From Raphidiopsis brookii D9 (GTDB lineage: Bacteria > Cyanobacteriota > Cyanobacteriia > Cyanobacteriales > Nostocaceae): a stretch of DNA of 32,000 nt. The notes below the pieces were generated by a model. It was not told the origin of the DNA. It saw only the letters and a program-made list of their open reading frames with translations, and searched no databases. The stretch is taken from NCBI GenBank assembly GCA_000175855.1, contig ACYB01000005.1:30001-62000 (forward strand), given 5' to 3'. The position numbers and the translations under genes were made by a program. The number at the start of each line of letters is the position of its first letter. The first letter of the stretch is position 1. Shown here piece by piece: positions 1-10,129 of the stretch.

Positions 1-371
1 TGTTAATCCCAGGAAAAAAAGCTCCAATTTTAGTTCCTCGGAAATTGGTTAAACAAATGCGTCCTGGGTCTGTAATTGTGGATGTAGCTGTAGACCAGGG
101 TGGATGTGTGGAAACCCTATACCCCACATCCCATAGCAACCCAGTGTATGTTGATGAAGGAATTGTACACTATGGTGTTCCTAATATGCCAGGAGCTGTT
201 CCTTGGACATCTACGCAAGCACTAAACAACAGTACTTTACCATACGTGTTACAACTAGCTAACTTAGGGCTAGAAGCATTAGAAGTTAACTCAGCTTTAG
301 CCAAGGGTTTAAATATCAAAAGTCATCATCTCTTACACCCTGCGGTACAGGAGGTATTCCCAGATCTATAG
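1..371 (+). CDS. ald: Alanine dehydrogenase, C-terminal part (5' end outside window)
   Basis: Frame is open from the window start (LIPGKKAPILVPRKLVKQMRPGSVIVDVAVDQGGCVETLYPTSHSNPVYVDEGIVHYGVPNMPGAVPWTST), typical of alanine dehydrogenase; TAG stop at 369-371. Confidence 0.95.
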   Translation, partial: LIPGKKAPILVPRKLVKQMRPGSVIVDVAVDQGGCVETLYPTSHSNPVYVDEGIVHYGVPNMPGAVPWTSTQALNNSTLPYVLQLANLGLEALEVNSALAKGLNIKSHHLLHPAVQEVFPDL

Positions 372-812
372 CTTTAGCTCTTGACATTTTGCATTAGCTT
401 TTTCATAAGCATCTAAGTAATATTGATCACCCAACATTAAATCACCGTAATACTGGTAGGGTGGATCAGTATATATTGGTAAAGGATTGTCTTCTGGATA
501 GTCTTCTTCTGATTCTTCGAGAATTGCTTTTAATTTCTTCAGGGTTAAAACTTGTGCGGGGAAATACCAAATATTTTCAGCTTTTCTTTGCAAATAGGCA
601 AAACTAGGATCGATAATCACATCTTCTAATTCTATCCAAGCATGTTCTATAGGTTTATATGGGTGTCCGGTCAAGGCTAAAAAGCCTTGAACATATTTAG
701 CACCTTCTGTTACTAGTAATGCTTTATATGCGTTTTCAAAAGGTTTCTTAGCTTGACTTTTGATAGTTTGAGCAACCTGTAAAGACAGGGATTCGTTTAA
801 TAATTTGCTCAT
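366..812 (-). CDS. Conserved hypothetical protein, 148 aa
   Basis: Complete ORF with ATG start; convergent to ald; contains EHAWIELEDVIIDPSF. Confidence 0.75.
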   Translation of the reverse strand: MSKLLNESLSLQVAQTIKSQAKKPFENAYKALLVTEGAKYVQGFLALTGHPYKPIEHAWIELEDVIIDPSFAYLQRKAENIWYFPAQVLTLKKLKAILEESEEDYPEDNPLPIYTDPPYQYYGDLMLGDQYYLDAYEKANAKCQELKL

Positions 813-1007
813 GGTAAGTTAGTTATTTTTAAGGAAAAGGGGACCAAAACTATAAAACACTATAAAACTAAAAACAAGCGACCAGAACCCCATGCTAACT
901 TTGCCATGATGAAATGATCGCTCTTATCCAATTAATCAATTGACACCTAGCCAAAGGAATCAATTGTTATCATCTTATATCAACATCAGATAACGGGGGA
1001 TAGAGTG

Positions 1008-2441
1008 TTACCCCCATAGGGTGTCTGACCCCCCATGGGATGGTGTTGGTTGTAGTATTTGTTGCAAGGTGGGAGCTAAGTTGGGCAAAGGTACTTCTAT
1101 TTGCTCTCCCGTACTCAAATCCTTTAAGCATGATTTGGCGTTAGCAGCTTCCTGACTACCAATGATGACACAAAATCTAATTCCCTGTTTATCTGCTAAC
1201 TGAAATTGCTTACCTAATTGTTTTTTCTCAAAGTTAGTGACAACATTAATTCCCGCTCGTCTTAATTGTTGTGACACCTGTAAATAAATGGGCATTAGGT
1301 CTTCTTGAATATTTACTACCATTACTTGAGCGGGTGTGGGTGGTAATTTCTGTAAAATATCGGCTTTTAATAATCGATTAATTAGTCTAGATAGTCCTAT
1401 GGAGATCCCTACTCCTGGCATTTTTTCACCCAAAAATATTCCCACTAGTTCTTCATATCTACCACCAGAACAAATACTACCAAGGGATTCATGTCCAATT
1501 AGGGTGGTTTCATAAACGGTTCCTGTGTAGTAGTTTAACCCACGCGCAATGGATAAGTCAATACAGAAACGTTGGGCGGGTACTCCTAAATTCTTCACTC
1601 CATCAATTACCGCTTCTAATTCACTTACTCCTAAGTTTAAGTTAAATCCTTCCGCTTGGGGTAAATTTACTGCTAGATGTTTGAGTTTGTCTAAAACATC
1701 ATCCACATTGCCATCAATGTTGATAAATTCAATTATCTTTTGGCTTTGTTCTAAAGAAATACCAGTTTTTTCTAGCTCCTGTTGAACTTGAGATTCACCA
1801 ATTTTTTCTAGGTTATCAATAATACCAATACAAGTTTTAATTTGCTCCTGGGCAACCCCCAGAGATTGAAAAAAGCCCGAGAGAATTTTGCGGTTATTAA
1901 TACGAATGACAAAATCACCAATATTAATGGCTGCAAATATTTCCGTGATAATTGCTGGCATTTGGGCATCGTATAACAAACTTAGCTTGTCTCGACCAAC
2001 TACATCAATGTCACACTGACGAAACTGTCGAAAACGCCCATCTTTTGCCCGTTCCCCCCTAAATACCATATCCATTTGATAACGGGCAAAGGGGAAAGTT
2101 AATTCATTTAAATGACGGGCTATATAAGCAGCTAAAGGAACAGTTTGATCAAATTTTAAAGCCCTAGCTTCCGCACCAGTTTCCCCAGATTTATCTCTTT
2201 CTAATTGGCGGTTCGGTGGTAAAATTGGCTCAATTCCATATATTATATTATCCCCTTGATTGCCTTTGGCTTGCAGTACCTCTAGCCTTTCTACCGCTGG
2301 TGTTTCTATGGGTGTAAAACCATAACTCTCAAATACTTTACGAATGGTGTCTAGTAAGTATAATTCTAGCCGCTTTTCCCCAGGGAGAAATTCGGGAAAC
2401 CCGCTGGGAGTAGCAAAGTTAATTTTCTCGTTTCTTGTCAT
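1008..2441 (-). CDS. hisS: Histidine--tRNA ligase
   Basis: Class II HisRS motifs: FDQTVPLAAYIARH, QFRQCDIDVVG, GLNYYTGTVYET, SICSGGRYEELVG, PGVGISIGLSRL; 477 aa. Confidence 0.95.
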   Translation of the reverse strand: MTRNEKINFATPSGFPEFLPGEKRLELYLLDTIRKVFESYGFTPIETPAVERLEVLQAKGNQGDNIIYGIEPILPPNRQLERDKSGETGAEARALKFDQTVPLAAYIARHLNELTFPFARYQMDMVFRGERAKDGRFRQFRQCDIDVVGRDKLSLLYDAQMPAIITEIFAAINIGDFVIRINNRKILSGFFQSLGVAQEQIKTCIGIIDNLEKIGESQVQQELEKTGISLEQSQKIIEFINIDGNVDDVLDKLKHLAVNLPQAEGFNLNLGVSELEAVIDGVKNLGVPAQRFCIDLSIARGLNYYTGTVYETTLIGHESLGSICSGGRYEELVGIFLGEKMPGVGISIGLSRLINRLLKADILQKLPPTPAQVMVVNIQEDLMPIYLQVSQQLRRAGINVVTNFEKKQLGKQFQLADKQGIRFCVIIGSQEAANAKSCLKDLSTGEQIEVPLPNLAPTLQQILQPTPSHGGSDTLWG

Positions 2442-2471
2442 CTTTATACCTGGTTTTGTTAATCCTTCTAA

Positions 2472-3869
2472 TTATGGTTCATCATCCTGGGAAATTTGCA
2501 GAACTACTAGGGTCATATCATCAGTGTTTTGTTTATCAGTTCCAATAAATTCCTGCACTTTATCAAATAAATAATCCACTATTTCTTGGGGCCCGTTACA
2601 ATAGCGACAAGCAGCATTAAATGAAGTAATGAAATTATCTTCACTAAAGCGATCGCCACTTGCAGCTGCGGCATCCGTCAAACCATCAGTATAATAAATT
2701 ACAGTATCACCTGGTTCTAAGAGAGCTTGACCACTTTCATATTGACTGTTAGCATCGAGACCAATAAGCATGCCCATTGTGTCCAGTCTAGTCACAGTTC
2801 TAGATGCGGCATGCCACCACAGAGGTGGGTTATGGGCGGCATTACTATAAGACAAAACTCGGGTTCTTGGGTCATATTCAGAATAGAACATAGTAACAAA
2901 ACGGTTCGAATTTTCTAAATCAGCATACATAACCCGGTTTAAATTTTGCAAAATTCCTGCTGCTGAATTACCGTGAAGTACCTCACCCCTGAGCATTCCT
3001 CGCAACATAGTCATAATTAAACCTGCGGGAACACCTTTACCCATCACATCCGCAATCACTACAGCCCAACAGGTGTTGTCTTGACTCAGATGGTGGGGAG
3101 GGTAACTGGTGGTGTGATTGGTGGCAATAAAATCATAATAATCTCCTCCCACGCGATTCGCTGGTTTAAAACGTGCAGCCAAGACAGCACCGGGAATATT
3201 AGGACATAAACGGGGCAAAAGTCTCCGTTGGATTTCTGCTGCGATTTCCAGTTCTTGATCCAACAGTTCTTTTTTCCGCAGCTCTACGGACAATTCATCA
3301 TTGCCAATAGCTACTCCAGTTTGATCAGCAACCAGTCTCACTAGTTTTTGCCTGGTCTCTGTCCAACTGTAATCAGGATCCCGACTTAGAACATATAGCC
3401 AACCCCTTTCTGTGTGTTTAACTATAATTGCCGTGCCAAAAACCTGTACATCTGGACCCAAATACATTTGCATTTGGTCGTCCAGTATACTAGTGGTTGT
3501 GACTGGCACTGAACTGGGGAAAAGGGTAATTTGACTACTGGCAATTTCCAGGGCTTTACGGATACTTTTCCGTTGCTGACTATCTTGCCAATGTAACTGT
3601 TCTAAGGTAACTTGACCATTGGGTTTATACAGAAACAGGGCACTACCATCCGCATCCGTTACCTTAGCAGCCATAAACGGAATTAGTTCCAGAAACTGAT
3701 TTAAATTGTTGAAACTTCTCAAGGCAAATCCCAGAGAACTCAGCAGCTCTTGAATTTTGTTCTGTTCCCGATGTAACCTAGCCACAATCTCTTTTAGTGC
3801 CACCATTGGGGTGACATCTCTAGTGGCACTACTATTGATTTCTGTGGATTGAGAAGGAAATTGGGACAC
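2472..3869 (-). CDS. PP2C-type (SpoIIE/RsbU) serine phosphatase with N-terminal GAF-like domain
   Basis: AAEIQRRLLPRLCPNIPGAVLAARFKPANRVGGDYYDF, VVIADVMGKGVPAGLIMTMLRGMLR, LEPGDTVIYYTDGLTDA, DDMTLVVLQI; the N-terminal half resembles a GAF sensor domain. Confidence 0.9.
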   Translation of the reverse strand: MSQFPSQSTEINSSATRDVTPMVALKEIVARLHREQNKIQELLSSLGFALRSFNNLNQFLELIPFMAAKVTDADGSALFLYKPNGQVTLEQLHWQDSQQRKSIRKALEIASSQITLFPSSVPVTTTSILDDQMQMYLGPDVQVFGTAIIVKHTERGWLYVLSRDPDYSWTETRQKLVRLVADQTGVAIGNDELSVELRKKELLDQELEIAAEIQRRLLPRLCPNIPGAVLAARFKPANRVGGDYYDFIATNHTTSYPPHHLSQDNTCWAVVIADVMGKGVPAGLIMTMLRGMLRGEVLHGNSAAGILQNLNRVMYADLENSNRFVTMFYSEYDPRTRVLSYSNAAHNPPLWWHAASRTVTRLDTMGMLIGLDANSQYESGQALLEPGDTVIYYTDGLTDAAAASGDRFSEDNFITSFNAACRYCNGPQEIVDYLFDKVQEFIGTDKQNTDDMTLVVLQISQDDEP

Positions 3870-4166
3870 AGGCTGCTATTTTCTGTAAGTGTTAGAATAA
3901 ATGAACAAGCTTTTAAGATTAGTCATTTTAGCAAGGGCATCATAACCGAATATGTAACTTTTAGGGTATTTTAGGTTAGAAATTCCAGGCGGACATTTTG
4001 AATCGTGTGTATGTGTATATGCTCACTCTCCAATGACTAAAAAATAGTTCTAGTGTGAGATTTTACCAGAATTTGTCCATTTTTTACGAAAAAAAGAATT
4101 ATTTTTGATAATTTTTATTTCCAACCTATCTCCCCTATCCCAGTTTAAAAGTTTTTAGTTTTTTTG

Positions 4167-5729
4167 TTAGTTTAAGAGAGCCTCAACAAACTCATAACTG
4201 GAGAATGGACGTAAATCTTCAATTCCTTCCCCAGCACCTATAAAGCGAATTGGTAAACCTAACTGTTGCACTACTGCCAAGGCCACTCCCCCTTTGGCTG
4301 TGCCATCTAACTTAGTTAAAACAACACCACTAAGTTGAGCAGCTTGAGAAAAAACTTCAGCTTGTCTAATTCCGTTTTGTCCTAAGGTGGAATCTAGGAC
4401 CAACAGCGACTCTACACGGGCATCGGCGGCTTTCTTGTCAATAATTCGACGAATCTTGCTCAGTTCATCCATTAGGTTTTTCTTGTTTTGCAGTCTCCCT
4501 GCTGTGTCTACTAACAGTAATTCCGTTTTCCGTGATTGGGCAGCTGCGATCGCATCAAATACAATAGCAGCAGGGTCAGTATTTTTACCGGGGTTGGCAA
4601 TCACTTCTACACCACTTCTACTTCCCCAAACTTTTACCTGCTCCACAGCAGCAGCGCGGAAAGTATCAGCAGCAGCAATTAAACAGTTATATCCAGATTT
4701 CTGAGCTAGGTGAGCAATTTTACCAATAGTTGTGGTTTTACCAGCACCATTCACCCCTGTAATTAACCAAATAGTGAGTTTGTCTTTTTCTGGAGCAAAA
4801 CCCGATCTAGGTGCTGATTCCAGAGGTTTCTCAAGCATATCCCGGAGGATTTGCTTGAGATAGGCAATTGCTTGTTCGGGGGGGGTAACCTCATCGCGAA
4901 GTTTTTTCTGGAGGGATTGAATAATCAAATCAGTAGCTTCAACACCTACATCAGCCTGTAGCAGTACTCCTTCAATTTCTGCTACTGCGTCTTGATTTAG
5001 GGGGCCTTGTCCAACAATAGCTTTTAACTGATTTAGTATATTACGTCTAGTTTTATCCAGTCCCTGACGCAGTTTTTTCAACCAAGTAATTTCCTCTATG
5101 GAAATGTCTTCTGCTCGTCTACCCTGGGCGGCTAAAACTTCTGCTGACCAAACAAAGCCATCGTCAAATTCTAATTCAGGAATTGCTATTGTGATGCTAA
5201 CGCTGGGCATAACCGTAGTTTCTGGTTCAGGAACCTCCACAGCAGTGGCAATTAATCTCTCTTGTTTAGCCTGTCTATCTGCAGTTGCTCGCTCTAAAAA
5301 GGATAATTGCGGATGTCCATCAATTCCCGCTTCCGGTGGAATATGGTCCGTGTCTGAAATCAATTCTTCACCGACATCCCTACTGGTCACCAGAATCTCA
5401 TCTTTAACCGTTACCGGTGAATTGACAGAGCTGTCTTCTGATATTTCCCCAATTTCTTGAGTAATTTGATGGATTTCTGAAGTTTCACTAGTTGTAACTG
5501 AAGATGCTTCATCAGTTACAGTCGTACTTTCTTGATCTTGAGACTGTTGTTTTTGCTGAATATTCTTATAAGCAGCTTTGGCATAGGCCAACAGATCCGC
5601 TGGATCAATTATTGTTTCCGGAGCTGATTCTGGTGATACTTCCTGATTAGATGAAGTTTCACTTTGTACTTGAGTTTCCGTAATAGCGGAAGAATCATCA
5701 TGTTGACGGCGAAACCAGTTAAATGACAT
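4167..5729 (-). CDS. ftsY: Signal recognition particle receptor FtsY
   Basis: NG-domain motifs: GVNGAGKTTTIGKIAHLAQ, AADTFRAAAVEQVKVW, LLVDTAGRLQNKKNLMDEL, VLTKLDGTAKGGVALAV, GIRFIGAGEGIEDLRPF-like end; acidic N-terminal region. The start is placed at MSFNWFRRQ (5729), not at the 5795 ORF start. Confidence 0.93.
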   Translation of the reverse strand: MSFNWFRRQHDDSSAITETQVQSETSSNQEVSPESAPETIIDPADLLAYAKAAYKNIQQKQQSQDQESTTVTDEASSVTTSETSEIHQITQEIGEISEDSSVNSPVTVKDEILVTSRDVGEELISDTDHIPPEAGIDGHPQLSFLERATADRQAKQERLIATAVEVPEPETTVMPSVSITIAIPELEFDDGFVWSAEVLAAQGRRAEDISIEEITWLKKLRQGLDKTRRNILNQLKAIVGQGPLNQDAVAEIEGVLLQADVGVEATDLIIQSLQKKLRDEVTPPEQAIAYLKQILRDMLEKPLESAPRSGFAPEKDKLTIWLITGVNGAGKTTTIGKIAHLAQKSGYNCLIAAADTFRAAAVEQVKVWGSRSGVEVIANPGKNTDPAAIVFDAIAAAQSRKTELLLVDTAGRLQNKKNLMDELSKIRRIIDKKAADARVESLLVLDSTLGQNGIRQAEVFSQAAQLSGVVLTKLDGTAKGGVALAVVQQLGLPIRFIGAGEGIEDLRPFSSYEFVEALLN

Positions 5730-5804
5730 TTTAGCTTGATTAAGTATGATTATTGTGATTTGATCCTTGGAGGATTGACAACTCAGAACCACCAAGGTAT
5801 ATAA

Positions 5805-6446
5805 TTAAGCAGGTTGTTTCTGTTCTGTGACCCGACGTAAAACACCATTAATAAATCGATGTCCATCATCGCCACTATAACGTTTAGCCAGCTCTACTGC
5901 TTCATTAATAGCAATGCTGGGAGGAACCTCCATAAATTTCATTTCAGCCACAGCAATTTGAAGTATATCTCTATCTATTTGAGCTAGTCTAGTTACTTGC
6001 CAGTCTACCAGTGCTTGGGAGATAATCTGATCTAAAATAGTTCGATTCTCATCAACAGTAACCACAATTTCCTTAGCGTAATTGCGAACTTCCTTATCTT
6101 GATTAGCCAATTGAATCAACTCAGGGAAATCAACAGCTAAACCCAATTGATTAATAGCTGTTTGAGTGCAGCCAATGGCTTCTTGAAGCATTGTTCTAGC
6201 CATATTTAAGTCAGAGGCACGGGTTTGACTAGTTAATAAACGGTCATTGCTGCGCTGTAATTCAGCTGCAGCACTATTTAATGTATCCTGTACTTCTGCC
6301 GTTAAAGTGCGGACAGCACCAAGAACGAGCTTGGCCATTAGTTGGTCGTCTGGTAGTTTCTGCAATTTTTTAGGATTGACTGGCAACTGACTAAGACTTA
6401 GTAGAGCTAGTTCTCTAGCTATTTGTTGAGGTTTACGAGGTTGCAT
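5805..6446 (-). CDS. nusB: Transcription antitermination factor NusB
   Basis: NusB C-terminal signature [46 protein letters not shown]-like ([12 protein letters not shown]...FINGVL); 213 aa. Confidence 0.92.
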   Translation of the reverse strand: MQPRKPQQIARELALLSLSQLPVNPKKLQKLPDDQLMAKLVLGAVRTLTAEVQDTLNSAAAELQRSNDRLLTSQTRASDLNMARTMLQEAIGCTQTAINQLGLAVDFPELIQLANQDKEVRNYAKEIVVTVDENRTILDQIISQALVDWQVTRLAQIDRDILQIAVAEMKFMEVPPSIAINEAVELAKRYSGDDGHRFINGVLRRVTEQKQPA

Positions 6447-6520
6447 AATCTTACATAATAATATGGTAGGAATAAGAAATTAACTACAAGTTAAAACCAG
6501 GATATTGTTAGGTTGTTAGG

Positions 6521-7234
6521 TCAGAAATCAGGTTCAACACCAACCAGATGGCTTTTGCTTTCTGTGGTTAGTGCTGGAGTTGTTAAGGGCAATTGGGACA
6601 TAACTATACCATTGCTAGGCGCGACTATACCGCCAGATACAATGATTTTAAATGCATCCTCTATAGACATTGTCAGATTGATTGCTTCATCTTCTGGAAC
6701 CACTGCGTACCACCCAGTAGTGGGGTTAGGAGTAGTGGGAATAAAAATGCTCAACATGGGACGACTCAATTTTGCTTGAATGTCGCTGGCAATTACACCA
6801 GTGACAAAGCCAATAGACCATATTCCCCTCCTAGGATATTCCAATAACACAACTCGACGGAATTTGCCATTGGAATCTTTGAGTATGGTCTCTAGCAATT
6901 GTTTGAGAGTTTTGTAGACTTGACCAGCTAAGGGAATTGCGTGCAATATCCTCTCCCCAAAGTCAAGCAACCATTTGCCAAAGATATTCCGGGCCATTAG
7001 ACCAATAAATAGAATGCTAATTAATGGTACTGCTAAACCGACTAAAAAGTTCAATAAGTTAACTAGTATGGGGTTTAGTCCATCAAAGGGGTTAAGCTGT
7101 TTAGGGATTTGGGTGAGAAAGTTAATTACCCAGTTGGCAATCGTAATGGTTAACCAAATGGTGGTTGCTAGGGGTATTACCACCAACAAGCCAGCTATCA
7201 AGTCATTTTTTAAGTCCTGTTTAAGCCGTTCCAT
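6521..7234 (-). CDS. DUF502 family membrane protein
   Basis: ERLKQDLKNDLIAGLLVVIPLATTIWLTITIANWVINFLTQIPK...GERILHAIPLAGQVYKTLKQLLETILKD...YPRRGIWSIGFVTG. Start chosen at the internal ATG 7234; the ORF track extends to 7390, so the start is uncertain. Confidence 0.85.
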   Translation of the reverse strand: MERLKQDLKNDLIAGLLVVIPLATTIWLTITIANWVINFLTQIPKQLNPFDGLNPILVNLLNFLVGLAVPLISILFIGLMARNIFGKWLLDFGERILHAIPLAGQVYKTLKQLLETILKDSNGKFRRVVLLEYPRRGIWSIGFVTGVIASDIQAKLSRPMLSIFIPTTPNPTTGWYAVVPEDEAINLTMSIEDAFKIIVSGGIVAPSNGIVMSQLPLTTPALTTESKSHLVGVEPDF

Positions 7235-7468
7235 GACCAAGCCCGGATCCTCCTTGTTTTGGCTACTAGAATTTTTGTGATTGATTTCCACACCACAAAT
7301 CCTTATTGTCAGTCCAGATAAATGAGTCCTAAGTTTAAGATTTATTACTTGTTTCTCATTATCAGTTGCTTTAGTCCTGCAAATAGGCACGCTAAGACAT
7401 ATTGCCTGTAAATTATTGTTGCAGGTTTTCGAGGTATTATTAATCCTAGCGTTAATCGTAGCTAATGA

Positions 7469-8311
7469 TCACCCAAGATTTTGGTTTTCCTTGTTATTGA
7501 ACCTACGTGTACTAGATGTAGTTTTTAATCCATTCCAACCGATGATAATGTAACCAATAGATAACAACAGACTGCCAATTCCTATTCTTAGTCCAGACTT
7601 CCAAGCATTGTCTTTAGCTTGTGTTTCTGCTTCCCTTTGGCGTTGGCGAATTTGCTCGATTTTTTGTTTGGCAATTTCATTGGGATCGGTCTGCTGGGCA
7701 ATAAATTTATCTATGTCTTGCGGGTTGGCTTGCAGTTTCTTGAGTAACTCTTTCTGTTCCGGGGGAAGTTGGGGGTTGGCTATTGCTTGTTTATATTTTT
7801 GTGGATCTTTAAGTATTTCAGTAATTTGTGCCTTCGCCTGAATTTGAGCCTGTTGTAATTGAGCGCGACCTTGGTCATTATTCAGCTGACCCTGGAATTG
7901 GGCCAACTGGGTATTAAGTTGGGATTCTGCTTGTTGAGCATCTTGAGCAATTTGATTAACTTTTTCTTTACTGACCTGATCCACAGTTGTCACATGCAGG
8001 GGAAAAATCAACAAAAACATTAGACCAAAAATGCTAGAAAGTATTAAGGAAGGAAATTTAAAATCCATACCCGAATTTTTTCCCTGTTCATTGGTGTCCA
8101 ACCAGTGGGCAATGAGAATCATTGCTAAACCTACCATGGGGACAACACCACGATCTACTAATGCTGTGGTTAGACCAACTTGTGCTTGTTTATCTGTAAA
8201 GTTGAATCCCAGCATCAAAATCAAAAAATCTATGAAAAAAGATAAAATACAAACTATCCCCACTACTTTGAGAGTGAGGGAAGTATGAGAGTTGGTAGGA
8301 CGATTAGCCAT
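7469..8311 (-). CDS. HpsJ-like membrane protein
   Basis: N-terminal TM pair LKVVGIVCILSFFIDFLILMLGFNFTDKQAQVGLTTALVDRGVVPMVGLAMILIAHW, a Q-rich coiled region, then a C-terminal TM. Family recalled from resemblance to hormogonium polysaccharide protein HpsJ. Confidence 0.65.
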   Translation of the reverse strand: MANRPTNSHTSLTLKVVGIVCILSFFIDFLILMLGFNFTDKQAQVGLTTALVDRGVVPMVGLAMILIAHWLDTNEQGKNSGMDFKFPSLILSSIFGLMFLLIFPLHVTTVDQVSKEKVNQIAQDAQQAESQLNTQLAQFQGQLNNDQGRAQLQQAQIQAKAQITEILKDPQKYKQAIANPQLPPEQKELLKKLQANPQDIDKFIAQQTDPNEIAKQKIEQIRQRQREAETQAKDNAWKSGLRIGIGSLLLSIGYIIIGWNGLKTTSSTRRFNNKENQNLG

Positions 8312-8526
8312 ATTTTCCTAAGTCTGTGGTGAAGAAAACTGATGGGTCTATTAAGTTATCTAAGTTATCTAGAATATCAATATCAGTCCAAGCAGGGGTA
8401 GTTGCCGAGATGGATAATTGACTTTGATACAACCCAATTAAGTAATGACCATCATTCATAAAATATATCATACTGATGATACTGGCTCATCACGATATGG
8501 TTTTTAAAAACTGAAACTCGTATTAA

Positions 8527-9048
8527 TTAATAGCAGTAGGCATTATTTTTGATCACAGTATTTTCCCTAGCAGTTCTGAGGGAACCCAAAATTGTGGAGA
8601 CAATAACACAGCGTTTTGCCGTTCCACCCGACTTCATAGACAGAGTAACTGTCCCCAAAGGAGGTTTTCTGATAGCGCCTAAATCATCAAATTGAATATG
8701 TCTAATACCATGAGACTCTTGTAAAGTTGTTTCCCGATCTAATTGAACAGCAGAATCTAAACTATGCCAGACCGCATTAGCGGGATGAACTAAAATTGGG
8801 TGAACGGCCCATTTAACTATACCATTTTCTTGTTTAAAACTAGCTTGCCAAGTAGATTTTTCTTTTTTAGCCTGACTTTGAGCTTGACGCAATGCTTGAT
8901 AAACTTGTTCTTGAGCCACATTGAGATGATAGTTTGTCAAAAAACTTAGCCAGGAGGGTGTAACCATTGCTGATAGAATACCAATTATCGCTAAAACCAT
9001 GAGATTTTCCCACACAGTAAATCCTGGCTCTGATGTTTGGGTGTTCAT
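8527..9048 (-). CDS. Type II secretion / prepilin-like protein (GspH/FimT type), probably hps-associated pseudopilin
   Basis: Prepilin motif EPG|FTVWENLMVLAIIGILSAMVTPSW; located downstream of the hpsC-like gene. Confidence 0.8.
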   Translation of the reverse strand: MNTQTSEPGFTVWENLMVLAIIGILSAMVTPSWLSFLTNYHLNVAQEQVYQALRQAQSQAKKEKSTWQASFKQENGIVKWAVHPILVHPANAVWHSLDSAVQLDRETTLQESHGIRHIQFDDLGAIRKPPLGTVTLSMKSGGTAKRCVIVSTILGSLRTARENTVIKNNAYCY

Positions 9049-9115
9049 AGATAGTGTTCCTCTTTTGGAAAAAAGACTTTCTCAACAACTAAATTAATAA
9101 ACTAATTAACAACTG

Positions 9116-10129
9116 CTATTTATAGAAAAAACCCTTTCCCTTCACCTGAGTGCTAACAGTGGGAAAATAGTGACTTAGTTGATTACTATTGATATTTAAA
9201 TTATTAGGAATGCGAGCTAAAGCATCTCCCCGAATAAATACTTGTGCCGTTGCATTCAGTCTATCTACGCAGGCATAAAAACTAGTCATCCGACCAGTTG
9301 TAGTATTACTAAAATTGGATGAAGTAACCCTTGACCAAGTAATTTTAGGGTTAGTAGAGTCCGGGGGACAAACCGCAGGAGGTATATTATTAATTCTACT
9401 GTCAATATAATCTACTAAAACTATGGGGTCATTAGTATATCTAGCACTGTGCTTTCTCCAACCATTCATGATTTGTTCTAAATTACCTGAATTATTGAGA
9501 TTAAAAAGAGAAAATCCAGGTTCAGGACAAAATTCTGGGGGATCAGAATTAGAATTGCCCTTTATAGAATTGCCCTTAATATATGTTCCCGGATATCCAT
9601 TGCAATCAACTATTTGATTAAACTCTCTAGTATTAGCCAGAACACCATCTCTAATTTTCCATCTAGCAATACGAGCTGATTTTGACCACTCAGATCCGGA
9701 TGCAGTTGTATCTCTGATTAAATAATAAACAACCAGAGAATAAACAAAAGCATCATCTTTGATTGAATTTCCGGGAACTGGTAAAACATTTTCTATTGTT
9801 TCCTGTCGCCAAAAAACCAGCACAGGAACCCTGTCTATACCGGTAGGAGTAGAGGGTAATTGGGATCTGATAGCATTTATTCCCTGAGCATCATAAATAT
9901 AAATTGCCTGTTTTAAATCATTGGCAATATAGTTCAAAGCTGTTTGAATTTCTGCCCCAGTAGTTATTTTGGCTTGTTCCTGTCGGTTTATTTCGATCAC
10001 ATTAATTAGTAACCTTAATAGAAGAGTAATACTGATGACTCCTGTGGTCAAACCAACGAGTAGTTGCACTATGGTAAATCCATAGAATGAACCATTTTTT
10101 GAGGGCGTAAGTAAGGAGATTATTGACAT
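9116..10129 (-). CDS. hpsC: HpsC-like pseudopilin (PilW-type)
   Basis: Prepilin-like N-terminus FYG|FTIVQLLVGLTTGVISITLLLRLLINV; order hpsA-hpsB-hpsC on the minus strand. Start chosen at MSIISLLTP (10129); the ORF track extends to 10180. Confidence 0.7.
   Translation of the reverse strand: MSIISLLTPSKNGSFYGFTIVQLLVGLTTGVISITLLLRLLINVIEINRQEQAKITTGAEIQTALNYIANDLKQAIYIYDAQGINAIRSQLPSTPTGIDRVPVLVFWRQETIENVLPVPGNSIKDDAFVYSLVVYYLIRDTTASGSEWSKSARIARWKIRDGVLANTREFNQIVDCNGYPGTYIKGNSIKGNSNSDPPEFCPEPGFSLFNLNNSGNLEQIMNGWRKHSARYTNDPIVLVDYIDSRINNIPPAVCPPDSTNPKITWSRVTSSNFSNTTTGRMTSFYACVDRLNATAQVFIRGDALARIPNNLNINSNQLSHYFPTVSTQVKGKGFFYK

Noticed and set aside
1549-1785. Small plus-strand ORFs inside hisS, the phosphatase, ftsY and hpsA (for example 1549-1785, 2344-2574, 4387-4704, 5098-5460, 13744-13962)
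   Set aside because: All lie antisense inside confidently assigned genes and show no independent protein features.
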